In this document: positions 63,312-64,000 of the stretch, one piece after another
Numbering within the stretch: position 1 is the stretch's first letter
Layout of the letters: every line of letters begins with the position of its first letter
Assembly: GCA_963742735.1 (NCBI GenBank)
Contig: CAVUMN010000004.1
Location: 1,248,001 to 1,312,000 of the forward strand
Source: an uncultured Actinomycetes bacterium
Lineage (GTDB): Bacteria; Actinomycetota; UBA4738; JBBDTT01
DNA length: 64,000 nucleotides
Direction: 5' to 3'
The notes under the pieces: model-generated
The model's input: the letters and a program-made list of their open reading frames with translations, nothing else
Database searches by the model: none
Told to the model about the DNA's origin: nothing
Position numbers and translations under genes: made by a program

Positions 63312-64000
63312 GTGACCACCGACGTTCGCGTGGCCGTCATCGGCCTCGACTGCGGGACACCTCAGCTGCTGTTCGACTCTCTCAAGGACGAGGTTCCCAA
63401 CATCAACAAGCTCATCGAGCGCTCCATGTGGGGCGAGCTGCAGTCGATCACGCCCCCGATCACGGTCCCGGCCTGGGCGTGCGCCATGAGCGGCAAGACC
63501 CCGGGCCAGCTGGGGATCTACGGGTTCCGCAACCGCAAGGACTCGACCTACGACGGCCTGTCGATCGCCACGAGCGACGCCGTCAAGGAGTCCCAGGTGT
63601 GGGACCTCCTCGGCGCCCAGGGGAAGAAGTCCCTGCTCATCGGGGTGCCGCCCGGCTACCCGCCGAAGCCCGTGGAGGGCTGGCGAGTCTCGTGCTTCCT
63701 GACCCCGCCCTCGGCCAAGTCCTACACGTGGCCCCCCGAGCTCGCGGCGGAGGTCGAGGAGGAAGTGGGCGAGTACATCTTCGATATCCCCAACTTCCGC
63801 GAGCAGGGGTTCGAGCACGTCCACCAGCAGGTCTACGCGATGACGGAGCGGCGCTTCAAGCTCGCCCGCCGGCTCATCAAGAACAAGCCGTGGGACTACT
63901 TCATGCTCGTCGAGATGGGACCGGACCGGCTCCACCACGTGTTCTGGCACTTCTGTGACCCGGCCCATCCGAAGTACGTCCCGGGGAACCCGTTCGAGTC
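63312..64000 (+). CDS. Alkaline phosphatase superfamily protein (type I phosphodiesterase/nucleotide pyrophosphatase-like), partial
   Basis: Manual translation from GTG 63312: VAVIGLDCG...SITPPITVPAW...SGKTPGQLGIYGFR...GPDRLHHVFW. Runs off window end. Confidence 0.85.
   Translation, partial: MTTDVRVAVIGLDCGTPQLLFDSLKDEVPNINKLIERSMWGELQSITPPITVPAWACAMSGKTPGQLGIYGFRNRKDSTYDGLSIATSDAVKESQVWDLLGAQGKKSLLIGVPPGYPPKPVEGWRVSCFLTPPSAKSYTWPPELAAEVEEEVGEYIFDIPNFREQGFEHVHQQVYAMTERRFKLARRLIKNKPWDYFMLVEMGPDRLHHVFWHFCDPAHPKYVPGNPFE

Overview
High-GC bacterial chromosome segment, most likely from a deep-branching Actinomycetota lineage. This is inferred from the glmM-glmS-nnr-alr-hydrolase-tsaE-tsaB-rimI-tsaD...groES-groEL gene order, a His-tailed GroEL, a DUF4012 gene and Zn-ribbon forms of S4/S14/L24/L36/Adk. 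It has three blocks. (1) 1-21.7 kb: a surface-polysaccharide locus with GT4 glycosyltransferases, a Wzy/ligase-like membrane protein, a WbpB-like dehydrogenase, a fused WbpD/WbpE-like acetyltransferase-aminotransferase, a WbpI/WecB-like 2-epimerase, two SAM methyltransferases, DUF354 and a priming sugar transferase. It ends in two coiled-coil hypotheticals, an anchored Ig-repeat surface protein and DUF4012. (2) 21.96-44.1 kb: a contiguous str-S10-spc-alpha-truA-rplM-rpsI ribosomal cluster. (3) 44.1-64 kb: cell-wall precursor, t6A, two-component and CIRCE-controlled groESL genes. No rRNA, tRNA, CRISPR array or mobile element was recognised. The best candidates for something new are a DUF4012 (possibly LCP-like) plus anchored surface-protein module that may attach the glycan to a protein, repeated use of non-canonical (CTG/ATC) start codons, a terminator-like hairpin in the rpsL leader, and long charged tails on L29, L13 and S3. 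All family assignments come from motif recognition by eye; no searches were run.
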